This document shows positions 1-10,135 of a stretch of 64,000 nt of DNA, one piece after another. The stretch is from assembly GCA_017610205.1 (NCBI GenBank), contig JAFCCL010000003.1, forward strand, positions 32,001 through 96,000, given 5' to 3'. Each line of letters starts with the position of its first letter. The first letter of the stretch is position 1. The translations under genes and the position numbers were made by a program. The DNA is from Candidatus Iainarchaeum sp. Lineage in GTDB: Archaea; Iainarchaeota; Iainarchaeia; Iainarchaeales; GCA-2688035. Under the pieces are notes generated by a model. The model was not told the origin of the DNA. It worked only from the letters and a program-made list of their open reading frames with translations, and did not search any database.

Positions 1-377
1 AATATCGCAAAGAAATGAAAAATGTTCCTTGGGGAGTTTTGTATAATTCATTTAAAGATAAAAAGATTGATGCAAAGAAATTAGAAAAAGAAGTAAGTAA
101 ATTAATGATGGATGATGATGTTACAAAAAAGTCAGGCATTTACATTTATATTTTAACAAAAGAAGAAAAAGTTCTTAATATTCGTTCTTTTACTGCTAAT
201 CAAAAGAGAGAGGCTTATGAAAGGCAAAAAGGTATTTGTCCAAAATGTAAGAAAAAGTATGAACTTGAAGAAATGGAAGCTGACCATAAAACCCCTTGGA
301 GCAAAGGTGGAAAAACTACTGCTGAAAATTGCGAAATGCTTTGTATAAAGCATAATAGAGAAAAATCTGGCAAATAA
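1..377 (+). CDS. HNH endonuclease domain protein, C-terminal part (probably GmrSD/DUF262-HNH type); likely truncated by the window start
   Basis: CPKC...EADHKTPWSKGGKT...NCEMLCIKHNREK is a typical HNH motif; low-GC segment. Confidence 0.8.
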   Translation, partial: YRKEMKNVPWGVLYNSFKDKKIDAKKLEKEVSKLMMDDDVTKKSGIYIYILTKEEKVLNIRSFTANQKREAYERQKGICPKCKKKYELEEMEADHKTPWSKGGKTTAENCEMLCIKHNREKSGK

Positions 378-416
378 ATCTTGCATATTAATACTTGAAT
401 ATAATTAAGTGATAAA

Positions 417-605
417 ATGGTTAGGGGACTGGAAAGTTTAGAAGCTAACAAGCATTTACATAGCCAACGTTCTCCTGAATTTAAGGCTCTAAAAATGGCT
501 TCTGAAAATGGCTTCCCTAATTGTAAGGGACTATATCCTGATTGCCCTGACAAACCTGATAAAAAGAACAAGATGTGTAGAACTTGCCCTGTTTTGGATG
601 AATAA
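417..605 (+). CDS. Small Cys-rich hypothetical protein (possible Zn binder)
   Basis: 62 aa with CKGLYPDC and CRTC; GTGA-type SD upstream. Confidence 0.55.
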   Translation: MVRGLESLEANKHLHSQRSPEFKALKMASENGFPNCKGLYPDCPDKPDKKNKMCRTCPVLDE

Positions 606-622
606 AAAGAATAATAATCTAT

Positions 623-675
623 AGACTTTAAGTGCAAGTTTCAGACTTTAGGTGCAACCTTTACTTTAAGTGCAA
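623..675. repeat. Three short direct repeats ACTTTA(A/G)GTGCAA
   Basis: Copies at 625-637, 645-657 and 663-675. Confidence 0.8.
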
Positions 676-849
676 AGCCGTTGGCTGATGCTAATTTGAA
701 AAACTTTCAATTTCAACAAGTTAATATTATGTTTCCATTAAATTAAGTTATAAAAAAAAGTTTCGCGTAGCGTTTTTTTTTGCAAACTTTTTTCTAAAAA
801 GTTTCGCAAGCATAGTTACCCTGCTGTAAAAAAGAAATTTCGGCAGCCA

Positions 850-1755
850 TTATGCTGCCACGTCTATATCTAATCTTTTCTTTAGTTCTCTGTACCTGTT
901 TCTGATTGTTACCTCTGTAACACCGGCAACATTGGCAACTTCTTTTTGGGTCCTTCTTTCCCCTTTAAGCAGTCCTGCAATGTAAACTGCTGCGGCTGCA
1001 ACTCCTGTTGGGCCCCTTCCTGAAATAAGGCCTTTGTCAATGGCTTGTTCCAAAATCTTTCTTCCCTCTTCCTGGACTTCTCCGCTTAGGTTGAGTTCTG
1101 AAGCAAATCTTGGAATGTAGTGAATTGGGTTTGTCAAAGGTACATCAAGCTTAAGCTCTCTAACCAGGAACCTGTAGGTTCTTCCAATTTCTTTTTTTGT
1201 CAAACCGCTTGCTTCTGCCATTTCGTTCAATGTTCTTGGCACGTGATATGTTCTGCATACTGTGTAAAGAACTGCTGCAACCACTGCTTCAATAAGCCTT
1301 CCTCTGATTAGTCCCTTTTTTACTGTTTTTCTGTAAAGCAATGCTGCTGCTTCAACAAGTGATTCTGGAATGTTCAAATATGATGCAACCCTTCTCAATT
1401 CTGTTAAGGCAATTGAAAGGTTTCTTTGCATGCTTGAGCTAATGCTTGCTCTTTTATGCCATTTAATTAAACGGTACATTTGTGCCCTGCTTTTGCTTGA
1501 AAGCTTGTTTCCCCTAAGGTCGGTTCCACGCCTGTCAATCATTGTCACAAGCCCTTTGTTGAGCTTTACATATTTCATAGGGCTTCCTGTTCTTGCCCTT
1601 TGCTCAAACTGGTCTGAGTCAAAAGAACGCCATTCCTTTCCATAATCTACCATGTCTTCGTTTATAACAAGACCGCAATCCTGGCAAATAAGCTCTCCTT
1701 TTTCAGGATCTCTCCTAATTTTTGTGCTTTTGCACTCTGGACATTTATTAACCAT
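850..1755 (-). CDS. tfb: Transcription initiation factor IIB (TFB)
   Basis: N-terminal Zn ribbon CPEC..CQDCG, EWRSF B-reader, two cyclin repeats, C-terminal TQKEVANVAGVTEVTIRNRY. Confidence 0.98.
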   Translation of the reverse strand: MVNKCPECKSTKIRRDPEKGELICQDCGLVINEDMVDYGKEWRSFDSDQFEQRARTGSPMKYVKLNKGLVTMIDRRGTDLRGNKLSSKSRAQMYRLIKWHKRASISSSMQRNLSIALTELRRVASYLNIPESLVEAAALLYRKTVKKGLIRGRLIEAVVAAVLYTVCRTYHVPRTLNEMAEASGLTKKEIGRTYRFLVRELKLDVPLTNPIHYIPRFASELNLSGEVQEEGRKILEQAIDKGLISGRGPTGVAAAAVYIAGLLKGERRTQKEVANVAGVTEVTIRNRYRELKKRLDIDVAA

Positions 1756-2019
1756 TCAAAAACCACCTTTCCAAGGAATTTTTTTTACCAATTTTTCCAA
1801 AATCAGCTTTAACAATTCAAACAAGCCTACAATAATATCTAACAACCATAATTGCCAGAAATTAGATGCTATATTAATTTGCTGTCCCCATCCTTTATAA
1901 AGCTTTCCTTTGAACCGTTTTTTGCCTTAAAAACGCTGATTTAAGCACTTTTAGTACTTTTAAAGCCTTTTTTTTGGCAAAAAATAGGGTTTAAATACTT
2001 GAATAGAACATTTACTTAT

Positions 2020-2855
2020 ACGCCTGCAAAACTGGTGATAAATCTCCTAACAGAAGAAGGCTTCCAAAACCAGCAAATGTTATTAAACCGCCTTCAAAGC
2101 AGCCCAAGGCCAAAATTGTTTACAGAAATCGTGAAGCTATTCTTTTGAAACCAAAACAAAAATCTTTTAATCGATAGAATATTGAGTGGGTTTCTATCAG
2201 GGGTTTTATTACTAGTGGTGACTATGGAAAAATTTATTGGGCTAAAATGAAGATTAAGGGAAGACCTTCTCCTCAAAGGATTGTTGTAAAGGTTTTTCAT
2301 CCCGACAAGGAGGCCTATCTTGATTTTGCCGAGATTGTAAAGCGCCTTGAAAAAAGCAATGTTCCACCTTCAAAAATGCAGCTTATTTTCTTTACAGACA
2401 GAAAACAGCATGGGATTTTAATGGAGTCATATATTGGAAATTCTAAAGAAAAAAAGGGTAAAATTGAATCAAAGTTAAAACCGGGTTTTCTTTTTTGGCA
2501 ACTGGATTTGAGCAAAAAAAGAGATAGTGCAATTTTTGCACTGTCTGTAAATGCAACAGCAAAACTGGCTAAAACAGGGCTTTATTTTACTCAGATGTAC
2601 ACTGGGAGTTCTGGGCAGAAAAACATGAGTCCTGGGCCTCTTAGAGTGGATGTTTTTAATGTCATGGAAGCCAAAAGCGGGCAAAAGAAAATTCTTGTTC
2701 AGGACATTGATTCTGTCAGGTTAGGTGCCAGTTCTAAATTTTCTTGGAGGAATTCGACAAATGTTTTGCTTAATACTGTTTCTTGCCGTAGGCCTGAGAA
2801 TGCTGAAATTGCCAGAAAAATTATTGGAAAGGTTGGAAAGAGATACCGTTTCTAA
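2020..2855 (+). pseudogene. Degraded protein-kinase-like orphan; ORF 2247-2855 is the surviving part
   Basis: In frame upstream of ATG 2247 is a Gly-loop-like ITSGDYGKIYW, followed in the ORF by IVVKVF. In-frame TAG at 2175-2177; ACG at 2020 lies 22 nt after TTTAAATA. Confidence 0.55.
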
Positions 2856-2862
2856 AAACTGC

Positions 2863-3270
2863 CTATTTTTCAATTAGAACTGCTTGAACAACGCCTGTTT
2901 GTCCTGGTCTGCTTGTGACTTTTGCAGTTTGTTCTTTTCCTTCAACATTGACCTTTATTTTGGCGCCTTTTGTAATAATGTTTCTTCTGGTAAAAAGTCT
3001 GTTTGCTGCGTTTTCTTCAACGTTTAAAATCTCTGCTTTCATTGCCTTTTTTTGGCCCTTAGCTGTTACTGTGGCAAATTTTGCCCTGTACTGCTTTACT
3101 TTTACAACAGAGCCTTTTACAACCCTGCTTTTTCTTCGCTCGTCGTCTTCTGAAACAATGGTTTTGGCAGGGTCTCCGCCTTTCCATGCAAGCAGTTTGT
3201 CACAGCGCCTTGCGGCTGTCCTGTTTCCGCCTGTTCTTTTCCTTTTGCTCTTTGTATGCCACTGAGTCAT
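2863..3270 (-). CDS. rps8e: 30S ribosomal protein S8e
   Basis: MTQWHTKSKRKRTGG and RRNIITKGA...VTSRPGQTGVV signatures. Confidence 0.97.
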   Translation of the reverse strand: MTQWHTKSKRKRTGGNRTAARRCDKLLAWKGGDPAKTIVSEDDERRKSRVVKGSVVKVKQYRAKFATVTAKGQKKAMKAEILNVEENAANRLFTRRNIITKGAKIKVNVEGKEQTAKVTSRPGQTGVVQAVLIEK

Positions 3271-3417
3271 AAAAACACCAAAAAAAACGAAAATCGCTTT
3301 ACTTGAATAATAATTAATTGAAATGGAAGAATTAAAAAGGCTTGTTTTCGGGATATTTGGATTGTTTAACAGGAACCAGCCTTTATTTTTTGGTTGTAAG
3401 CTTTTTATTAATTTCCG

Positions 3418-3868
3418 CTAAAGTGGTTTTTTCTTAGTCCATGGTAGTGGTGTCTTAGCTCTAGGCAGTCCTTTATTACGCCTTGCTGTTGCTGCTGCTT
3501 TGTATCCTGCATTAATTCTAATCCTTTTTACTTTTCGTTTATACGCTAATAGCTTCTTTTGTTCACGTTTCAGTACCTGGCGATTTGCCTCTGCTACTGT
3601 GACATAATTTTGGGACCCTATCCTGATTTTTCTTAATTTTATTATTTCGTTGACTGTATCTTCTCCCACCTTAAGTCTCCTTGCAAGTTCAGGCATTGTT
3701 ACTAGCTTTCCCTCTATTTTCATATTAAAAACAGTTTCCCCCCATTGCCTTCTCAAATTCCATCCTGCTAAATTTAAACCCACCTATTTTAAGTAAACCA
3801 ATCACTCTGGTTTTTGTAAGTGTTCCTTCTGGTTTAACTAGCGCTATTCTTGAAGGTTTTGCTGCCAT
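3418..3868 (-). pseudogene. Frameshifted HTH (excisionase/MerR-like) orphan, paralog of 25078-25992
   Basis: ATG 3868 frame MAAKPSRIALVKPEGTLTK joins the 3418-3783 frame if one base of the C6 run at 3738-3743 is removed; TMPELARRLKVGEDTV is HTH-like. Confidence 0.6.
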
Positions 3869-3899
3869 ACTATAACATCTACCTTTTAATAGAATTTAA

Positions 3900-6191
3900 T
3901 TATTCCCATTCTGCTTCAACCACCTTTTTTATTTTCTTTGCCTTTTCTTTGCCCATTTTCTCCACTTTTTGTAATTCTTTTGCTTCTGCATTGAAGATTT
4001 TTTTTACACTGCCAAAATGCTTCAAAAGCTTTTTTGCAGTCATTGGTCCGACCAATGGCAGGCTTTCTACTACAAACCGTTGCTGTTCTCCAAGGGTTAA
4101 TCCCTTTCTTCCAATTCGCAGTCTTACATCCGAGCCCTTGCCTTCCTGTTCCCTTTTTGCAATTACGTAAATGTATTGGGCTGTTTCCCTTTTTGATTCT
4201 GTGAAAAGAATTGGAACCCGGTAGTTTAATGCAATAGATGTAAGCATTCCAATTATTGCATTTCTGTGCACGTTTGTTTCAAACAATTTTTCCCGATCTC
4301 CCTCCACTATAACCAAGGGGCGTTCATATGATTCAGCCATGTTAATCAATTGCTTGGAAAGTCTTCTGTCAACAATGCTTGAAACAAAATCTGAAATTGA
4401 TTTTCTTTCAATTACAATTTCCTTTCCTGGAATGTAGTCTCCGACTTCAAGTTGCTTTTCTACAACAGAGCATCCAAGGTCTGCAAGCAATTTTGAAATT
4501 CCTGATTCCCTTTCCCTTACGTCAGCAAACACGACAATTTTTCCACTGCCTTCTGAATCAAAGCTGTTCAAAGTAGTCTGCTTTTCTCCTTTTTTTATTT
4601 CTTCGTTTCCTGTGTCCTTTTTCATCCTATGTAATATCTTATGCATCTTTTTTTCTTTGTTAATACTTGCCCAGTAATATGCTTCGTCTCTGGTATCTTT
4701 TGCCATTAAAATTACTGCTTTTCCTGCAGCAAGCCTTCCTGTTCTTCCCCTTCTTTGAATAAACCTTATTTCGCTTGGAACAGGCTCGTAAAATACTACC
4801 AGGTCAACGCTTGGGATATCTAATCCTTCTTCGGCAACTGATGAGGCTACAAGGCAATTAATTTTTCCTTCTTTTAATTCTTCAATTTTTTCTGCCTGTT
4901 CCTTTTGGCTCATTCCTTTTTCTTTTCCTCTTGCTGCCTGTCCAACAAACCTTTCCGATTTTATTTCCTTGATTTTGTTCAGTTCCTGGTTTAATTTTTT
5001 GATTGAGTCTCTGTAGTGGTTGAATACAATTACACTGCTTTTGGGATTTTCTTCAAATTGCTGATTTAGCACTTTTATAAGGGCATCAAATTTTGGATGA
5101 ATGATTCCTTTTGCTGCAATTTCTTCAGCCATTTCGTTGACCTGAATCATTTCCATGCTTGAAATAAACATTGAGGTTGCCCTGCTTATCTTTCCTGTCT
5201 TTTTTCTTTCCCTTTCAAGGTATAAGCAGAGTGCATTAACTCCTTGGGTTTCAAGCAGTGTATGGGCATGGCTTGCTTTCATTAAGGCTGCTGCTGCTGT
5301 TGCTGCTGCAAAAATGCTCATGTTTTTTCCGTGGCTTGCCTGAATTCTTCTCCTTATTGCTGCCTGCATTTCGATAAGCCTTGCTTTTCCAAAGCCTTTA
5401 AGTGAACTGGTTTTGCTTAGCCTAAATTTGTATAAAACATCGGCCTGTTTTTGCATAAAATGTTCAATAAGTTTTATCATTGACTTGAATTCTGAGGGCA
5501 GTTTAACAACGCGCCATTCAACCTTTATTTTGTGGGAGTAAGGAGTCACGTCCTCATCCTCCAATTCCTTTATTTCAATATTTTTAATGTACAAATTTTT
5601 GCAAATCTCCTTGACATGGTCTTCCTTGCCTCCTGGAGAGGCTGTAAGCGCAAGCACTAGCCCGTTTTTGTTTTTCTTGAATTTTTTTGCAATGTAAACA
5701 TAGGCATATTCTCCCACTGCTCTGTGGGATTCGTCAAAAATTATTAGTGAAATGTCTTTGGCAAAAACACGTTCTTTTCTTAAGTCGTTTTCAATTGTTT
5801 GGGGTGTTGCAACAATTACTACTGCATTTTCCCATTCTTTTGCCCTTTTTTTTGCAGGTGTTGCGCCTGTTAAGAGCGCAACAGAGTCCTTTTCCAACTT
5901 CATTAATTTGAGCATTGTTTTTTTGTGCTGTTCACACAATGGTTTTGTTGGCGCTAGGAAAAGAATTTTTCCAGTTGGCTTTTTTTTCAAAACGTCTGCT
6001 GCAACAAGAACTGCTACAATTGTTTTTCCCAAAGCTGTTGGTGCTACAACAAGACTGTTGCCTCCTTTTGCAACAGATTCTGCAAGCTTTACCTGATAGT
6101 CTCTTTTTTCAACAGCCTTTGCCCTGATAAATTTGTTTTTTACAAAATCTTTTGTCAAACTTCTGTGTTTTTTCTTTTTTTCAGAGGGCAT
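3900..6191 (-). CDS. hef: Hef/FANCM-like DEAH helicase with ERCC4 nuclease and HhH domains
   Basis: APTALGKT, DESH, QRRGRTGR helicase motifs; GDY..IERKS ERCC4 motif; C-terminal HhH. Confidence 0.96.
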   Translation of the reverse strand: MPSEKKKKHRSLTKDFVKNKFIRAKAVEKRDYQVKLAESVAKGGNSLVVAPTALGKTIVAVLVAADVLKKKPTGKILFLAPTKPLCEQHKKTMLKLMKLEKDSVALLTGATPAKKRAKEWENAVVIVATPQTIENDLRKERVFAKDISLIIFDESHRAVGEYAYVYIAKKFKKNKNGLVLALTASPGGKEDHVKEICKNLYIKNIEIKELEDEDVTPYSHKIKVEWRVVKLPSEFKSMIKLIEHFMQKQADVLYKFRLSKTSSLKGFGKARLIEMQAAIRRRIQASHGKNMSIFAAATAAAALMKASHAHTLLETQGVNALCLYLERERKKTGKISRATSMFISSMEMIQVNEMAEEIAAKGIIHPKFDALIKVLNQQFEENPKSSVIVFNHYRDSIKKLNQELNKIKEIKSERFVGQAARGKEKGMSQKEQAEKIEELKEGKINCLVASSVAEEGLDIPSVDLVVFYEPVPSEIRFIQRRGRTGRLAAGKAVILMAKDTRDEAYYWASINKEKKMHKILHRMKKDTGNEEIKKGEKQTTLNSFDSEGSGKIVVFADVRERESGISKLLADLGCSVVEKQLEVGDYIPGKEIVIERKSISDFVSSIVDRRLSKQLINMAESYERPLVIVEGDREKLFETNVHRNAIIGMLTSIALNYRVPILFTESKRETAQYIYVIAKREQEGKGSDVRLRIGRKGLTLGEQQRFVVESLPLVGPMTAKKLLKHFGSVKKIFNAEAKELQKVEKMGKEKAKKIKKVVEAEWE

Positions 6192-6357
6192 ACATTCAAT
6201 TAGTCTGGCGACCTTTTTAAAGCATTTCTTAGTTGGTTTCCGGTGTTTTTTGCCTCAAAACCGCTTTTTTTCCAAAAAAATGGGATAAATTTAAATATTC
6301 CTTTGAAATAACCTTTATTAGGGCTTTAAAGCCAAATCAAAAGGATGTGAAAAGCTT

Positions 6358-6567
6358 ATGGGTGAATTACCGCTTGCAGCTGTTGACAGGATTATTAGAA
6401 AGGCTGGTGGAGGCAGAGTAAGCGAGGATGCTGCTGCTGCCTTGTCAGAGGTTTTGGAAGACAAGGGTATTAAAATTGCACAGCAGGCAACAGAGTTTGC
6501 AAAGCATGCTAAGAGAAAGACTGTTACTGCACAGGACATAAAGCTTGCAGTAAAGGGTCTGCAATAA
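6358..6567 (+). CDS. Archaeal histone (HMf family)
   Basis: [35 protein letters not shown]. Confidence 0.97.
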   Translation: MGELPLAAVDRIIRKAGGGRVSEDAAAALSEVLEDKGIKIAQQATEFAKHAKRKTVTAQDIKLAVKGLQ

Positions 6568-6584
6568 AATTCAAATTCTTTTTT

Positions 6585-7361
6585 TTATTTAATTGCTTCC
6601 CATAAAACCTGTTCTTTTGGTTTTACAATTATTCCATTTTGGGTTATTTCAAAGGGGTGCACGGTTTTGCTGTGTTTTGTTCCGCGCATTTTTCTTACAA
6701 AAATGCTTCTATTTGGTGGCGTAAAGTAGAGCACTATTACGCCGTCTGCCATAAATTCTTCAACACCGTAGGCGCTGAATACGTTTCTTTCGCTTTTTGT
6801 TTCGGCTGTGAAAATTGTAGTGCAGTCAAGTTCTTTTAATCCGTCTGCGAATTTGAACAAAAGGCTTCTGATTGTTGACGGGTCATCTATTAATGATGCA
6901 AACGCTGTTGTGCTGTCAACAGCAATTCTTTTGATTTCAAGCTCTTTTACAATTCCTGTTATTGTTTCAAGCTCGTCTTTTATTAAGCCTCCGAAAGTTT
7001 TTTTTGGGGCAAGGTGCATTCTGTAAATGTTTATTTTTCTTTCTTCCTGAAATTTCTTAATGTCCCATCCAAAATTTTCCATATTCCACGCGATGTTTTT
7101 TGGGTTTGCTTCAATTGTTACAAACAATCCTGGCTCGTTGTAAAGCAGTGCGCCGTTGTAAATATATTGCATGCTGAAGATTGTTTTGCATGTTCCTGTT
7201 CCTCCTGAAAGCAGTGTAGTGCTTCCTTTTGGCAAACCGCCTTCAATTAATTCGTCAAGACCTGTTATTCCTGTTTTTGTTCTTTCCAAAAAATACACCT
7301 CTTTTAATTCTTTAAAGTTAGGCATTTGTTTTTTATAAATCTTTTCTTTGCTCTTTTCCAA
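6585..7361 (-). CDS. RAD55/KaiC-like single-domain ATPase
   Basis: TGITGLDELIEGGLP, GGTGTCKT Walker A, RKMRGT. Confidence 0.9.
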   Translation of the reverse strand: MEKSKEKIYKKQMPNFKELKEVYFLERTKTGITGLDELIEGGLPKGSTTLLSGGTGTCKTIFSMQYIYNGALLYNEPGLFVTIEANPKNIAWNMENFGWDIKKFQEERKINIYRMHLAPKKTFGGLIKDELETITGIVKELEIKRIAVDSTTAFASLIDDPSTIRSLLFKFADGLKELDCTTIFTAETKSERNVFSAYGVEEFMADGVIVLYFTPPNRSIFVRKMRGTKHSKTVHPFEITQNGIIVKPKEQVLWEAIK

Positions 7362-7908
7362 GGCTTTTTATTTGCTTCAAAACCCCTTCCTTTGTTTCCT
7401 GAATGCTTGCCTTTGTGGTGTCAACCACTATATCGTAATTGCTTTCATTCAAGTAGTCGACATTGTAAAGCTTTAAATACCTGCCTTTATTCATTTCCAT
7501 TCTTTTCTGCATATTTTCAACAGTTTTCTGAACGCTTGCATTTTCTTCTCCGCATCTTTCCTTCTTGTCGCTGCAACTGTCCTTAAAAACGCGTTCAGCA
7601 GCCTTTTTCAAATCAATTTTTACAAAGATTTTTACAGACTTTGGAATAAAATGCCAGGAAAGCCTTCCGTCAATTACAAAATTGTCTTCCTCCAAACCAA
7701 GCTTTTTATTCCTTTCATCCAACTCACGGTCAACACTTTCGTCTTCTTCCATTAGCCTGTGCAATTCCATTACCGGCAGGTCTTTTTCTTTTGCAATCTG
7801 CCTAAGCAAGTCGCCAGCAGAATAATGCTTTAACCCAAGTGCCTTTGCAATTCCCTTTCCCAAAGTGCTTTTTCCAGAACCAGGATAGCCTGTAATAGTG
7901 ATAATCAT
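7333..7908 (-). CDS. cmk: Cytidylate kinase, archaeal type
   Basis: ITITGYPGSGKST, SAGDLLR, VIDGRLS, YDIVVDT. Confidence 0.9.
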   Translation of the reverse strand: MIITITGYPGSGKSTLGKGIAKALGLKHYSAGDLLRQIAKEKDLPVMELHRLMEEDESVDRELDERNKKLGLEEDNFVIDGRLSWHFIPKSVKIFVKIDLKKAAERVFKDSCSDKKERCGEENASVQKTVENMQKRMEMNKGRYLKLYNVDYLNESNYDIVVDTTKASIQETKEGVLKQIKSLGKEQRKDL

Positions 7909-7929
7909 TTAATCATCTGCATTGCTTTT

Positions 7930-8850
7930 TCATCTCAAATACTCTAAAGTATTCTGCCATATTCCTGGAGTTATTGCAGGGTCGTAATTGAAGTAAATTG
8001 CCTTTCCAACCAAAAGATTTTTTTCAACAATTCCAGGATAGTTTTTCGTGCCTAAAACACTGTTAATATATGCAACTTGATTCCCTAACGGCTTTACATC
8101 AAATGTTAAAATGCTTAAAGCCCCATATCTTGGGTCTGCCGGCGCTGTTTCAATTCCGTGCATTATTTCGCTGTCTGAGTCAAGCCTTTCAATTTTTCCG
8201 GAAACCATAACAGGCAGTGTGCAGGTAGGCATTCCTTGTATTCCTACATCGCATTCAACAGGAATTACGTCTCCAAATGTTTCCTTCCATCCAATTACGT
8301 CACTGGTAACACTTGTTCCAAATTCTCCGCCGCTTCTGTAAATTCCTGAGTCCATTACTACAACAAGCTTGCCCCCTGTCATAACATAGTTTTCAATTGC
8401 TTCACCCAAAGCTCTTGAAAGGCTTTTGTCATAAGGAGTTGCTCCCATATGTTGGTCAAGCAAAACAACATCAAATTCTGCAAGCTGTTCTGCAGGGTTT
8501 TCATCAAGGTCTGCTGCATCCTTTATTCTGTAATAAACCAAATCGTGCTGGTTGTCAAGGTCTGCAAGCAGGTCAACACTTGGGTTGCCTATGATAAGCA
8601 TTTGTGTTTGGCTGCTGCCTTCAAGCCCTGGAATTTCAATCATGCCAAGCTTGTTTAGCACCAAAATAAGCGGGGCGGAAAAAACAATCATTGCGCCTGC
8701 AACCCCAAGCACAACAATAATCGCAATTACAAGCCTTTTGTCAACCTTCCAAACAGGCTTTGCCCTTCCTTCGGGAATTCCTTCGTCTCCCGGGTATCCG
8801 CCTGCAACTCCTTTGTCTCCTGGAAATACTCCAGGCATTTCGTCATCCAT
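7930..8850 (-). CDS. Membrane-anchored hypothetical protein with class I glutamine-amidotransferase-like fold features
   Basis: Single N-terminal TM; LAEFDVVLL..AIENYVMTGGKLVVV pattern. Confidence 0.6.
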   Translation of the reverse strand: MDDEMPGVFPGDKGVAGGYPGDEGIPEGRAKPVWKVDKRLVIAIIVVLGVAGAMIVFSAPLILVLNKLGMIEIPGLEGSSQTQMLIIGNPSVDLLADLDNQHDLVYYRIKDAADLDENPAEQLAEFDVVLLDQHMGATPYDKSLSRALGEAIENYVMTGGKLVVVMDSGIYRSGGEFGTSVTSDVIGWKETFGDVIPVECDVGIQGMPTCTLPVMVSGKIERLDSDSEIMHGIETAPADPRYGALSILTFDVKPLGNQVAYINSVLGTKNYPGIVEKNLLVGKAIYFNYDPAITPGIWQNTLEYLR

Positions 8851-9100
8851 GCATTAAAATACATGCTTTTGCGTTATAAATACTTTTTCATTTTTCGTAA
8901 CTGCTAACAGCCTCTGAGAATTGGCGTGTAATGCGTTTAATAGCTGATTTAATCGTGTCCTATTTTTTGTCCTATCCTGCTTTGTTTTTTCGTTTTTGTG
9001 TTCTTTTGTAAGTTAAACCACAAATTCAGCATTTTAGCTTTTGCAAGAAATTGAAAAACCGTTAGCAATTACCTTTTTTTCAGACCTTGTAAAAATGGCT

Positions 9101-9135
9101 AATAGCCTGATGTATTCAGGGTAATATAGCTTTTT
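9101..9135. repeat. Cassette-boundary palindromic repeat, copy 1
   Basis: AATAGCCTGA-TGTAT-TCAGGGTAATAT then T-run. Confidence 0.7.
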
Positions 9136-9194
9136 ACCTCATCAAAACTAAGAATTGTTATAAGTTTTAATAACCTTGGTGATTTGATTTTAGT

Positions 9195-9821
9195 ATGAAA
9201 TTTTATTTGTCCTCTTTTAGATTGGGGAGCAAAGCGAGTGAGTTAGTCAGATTAATGTCCAACAATAAAAAAATTGCCTATATTCCAAATGCAGGTGATT
9301 TTTCTAATAGGGATTATGCTAAGAAAAGCAATTGGGAAAAAATAGATATTAAAAGTTTAGAAAAACTTGGTTTAATTGTGGAATATCTTGATTTAAAGAA
9401 TTTTTTTTTTGGCAGGACTGATGAATTACGAAAAAAATTGAATGAGTTTGGTGGAGTGTTTGTAAGGGGGAGCAACACTTTTATTTTAAGGCAAGCAATG
9501 AAATTGAGTGGTTTTGATATACTCTTCAAAGAGCTTCTTAAAAGAGATGATTTTGTGTATGCAGGGTATAGTGCAGGCATATGTGTATTGGTTCCAGATC
9601 TCAAAGGCCTGCAACTTGTTGACAATCCCAAGGATAAACCCTACAAAGAGCTTCAAAAAACAATTTGGGAAGGTCTTGGATTCCTTGATTGCATTATTCT
9701 CCCGCACTATAAATCCAACCATCCTGAGTCGGCAGACATTGACAAAGAAGTTGAATATTGCAATAAAAACAATATTCCGTTTAAAACTCTGAGAGACGGC
9801 GAAGTAATACTTATCGAATAA
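9195..9821 (+). CDS. Peptidase E / S51 family protein
   Basis: IAYIPNA, GVFVRGSNTF, YAGYSAG nucleophile motif, ILPHY. Confidence 0.88.
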   Translation: MKFYLSSFRLGSKASELVRLMSNNKKIAYIPNAGDFSNRDYAKKSNWEKIDIKSLEKLGLIVEYLDLKNFFFGRTDELRKKLNEFGGVFVRGSNTFILRQAMKLSGFDILFKELLKRDDFVYAGYSAGICVLVPDLKGLQLVDNPKDKPYKELQKTIWEGLGFLDCIILPHYKSNHPESADIDKEVEYCNKNNIPFKTLRDGEVILIE

Positions 9822-9864
9822 ATAGCTAATTTTGAAGCTCTAAGGTAAACTTGTAGCAATGTCA

Positions 9865-9961
9865 ATTCTTTAAACCCCATTGCATTCTAATTCTTTTGCC
9901 AATGATTATCTGACAATTAGCCTGATGTTATCAGGGTAATATGCTTTTTTTTATTGTTTCA
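9865..9961. repeat. Cassette-boundary palindromic repeat, copy 2
   Basis: TGCCAATGATTATCTGACAATTAGCCTGA-TGTTA-TCAGGGTAATATG then T-run. Confidence 0.75.
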
Positions 9962-9967
9962 ATTAGT

Positions 9968-10135
9968 CTACTTATTTATCAGTTTATTTTGCTGTCTGCT
10001 CCATTCCTTGTTTGGTGTCTTTTTTACCCATTCCGCATACATGTTGATAAATTCCATGCGTTGTTGCCTGTTTCTTTCCTTTTCTTCTTCAAGTTCTTTC
10101 AGGTCTTTTTCTGTTAACTTTAATCCTTTTTCCAT
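9968..10135 (-). CDS. 55-aa partner protein of the adjacent nucleotidyltransferase (absent from the ORF track)
   Basis: MEKGLKLTEKDLKELEEEKERNRQQRMEFINMYAEWVKKTPNKEWSRQQNKLINK; overlaps the upstream gene end; GGAG-type SD. Confidence 0.7.
   Translation of the reverse strand: MEKGLKLTEKDLKELEEEKERNRQQRMEFINMYAEWVKKTPNKEWSRQQNKLINK

Noticed and set aside
623-675. Possible CRISPR array
   Set aside because: Repeats are 13 bp with 5-7 nt gaps; no cas genes in the window
6585-7361. Circadian KaiC
   Set aside because: Single RecA-like domain with no kaiB; ordinary archaeal RAD55-like ATPase
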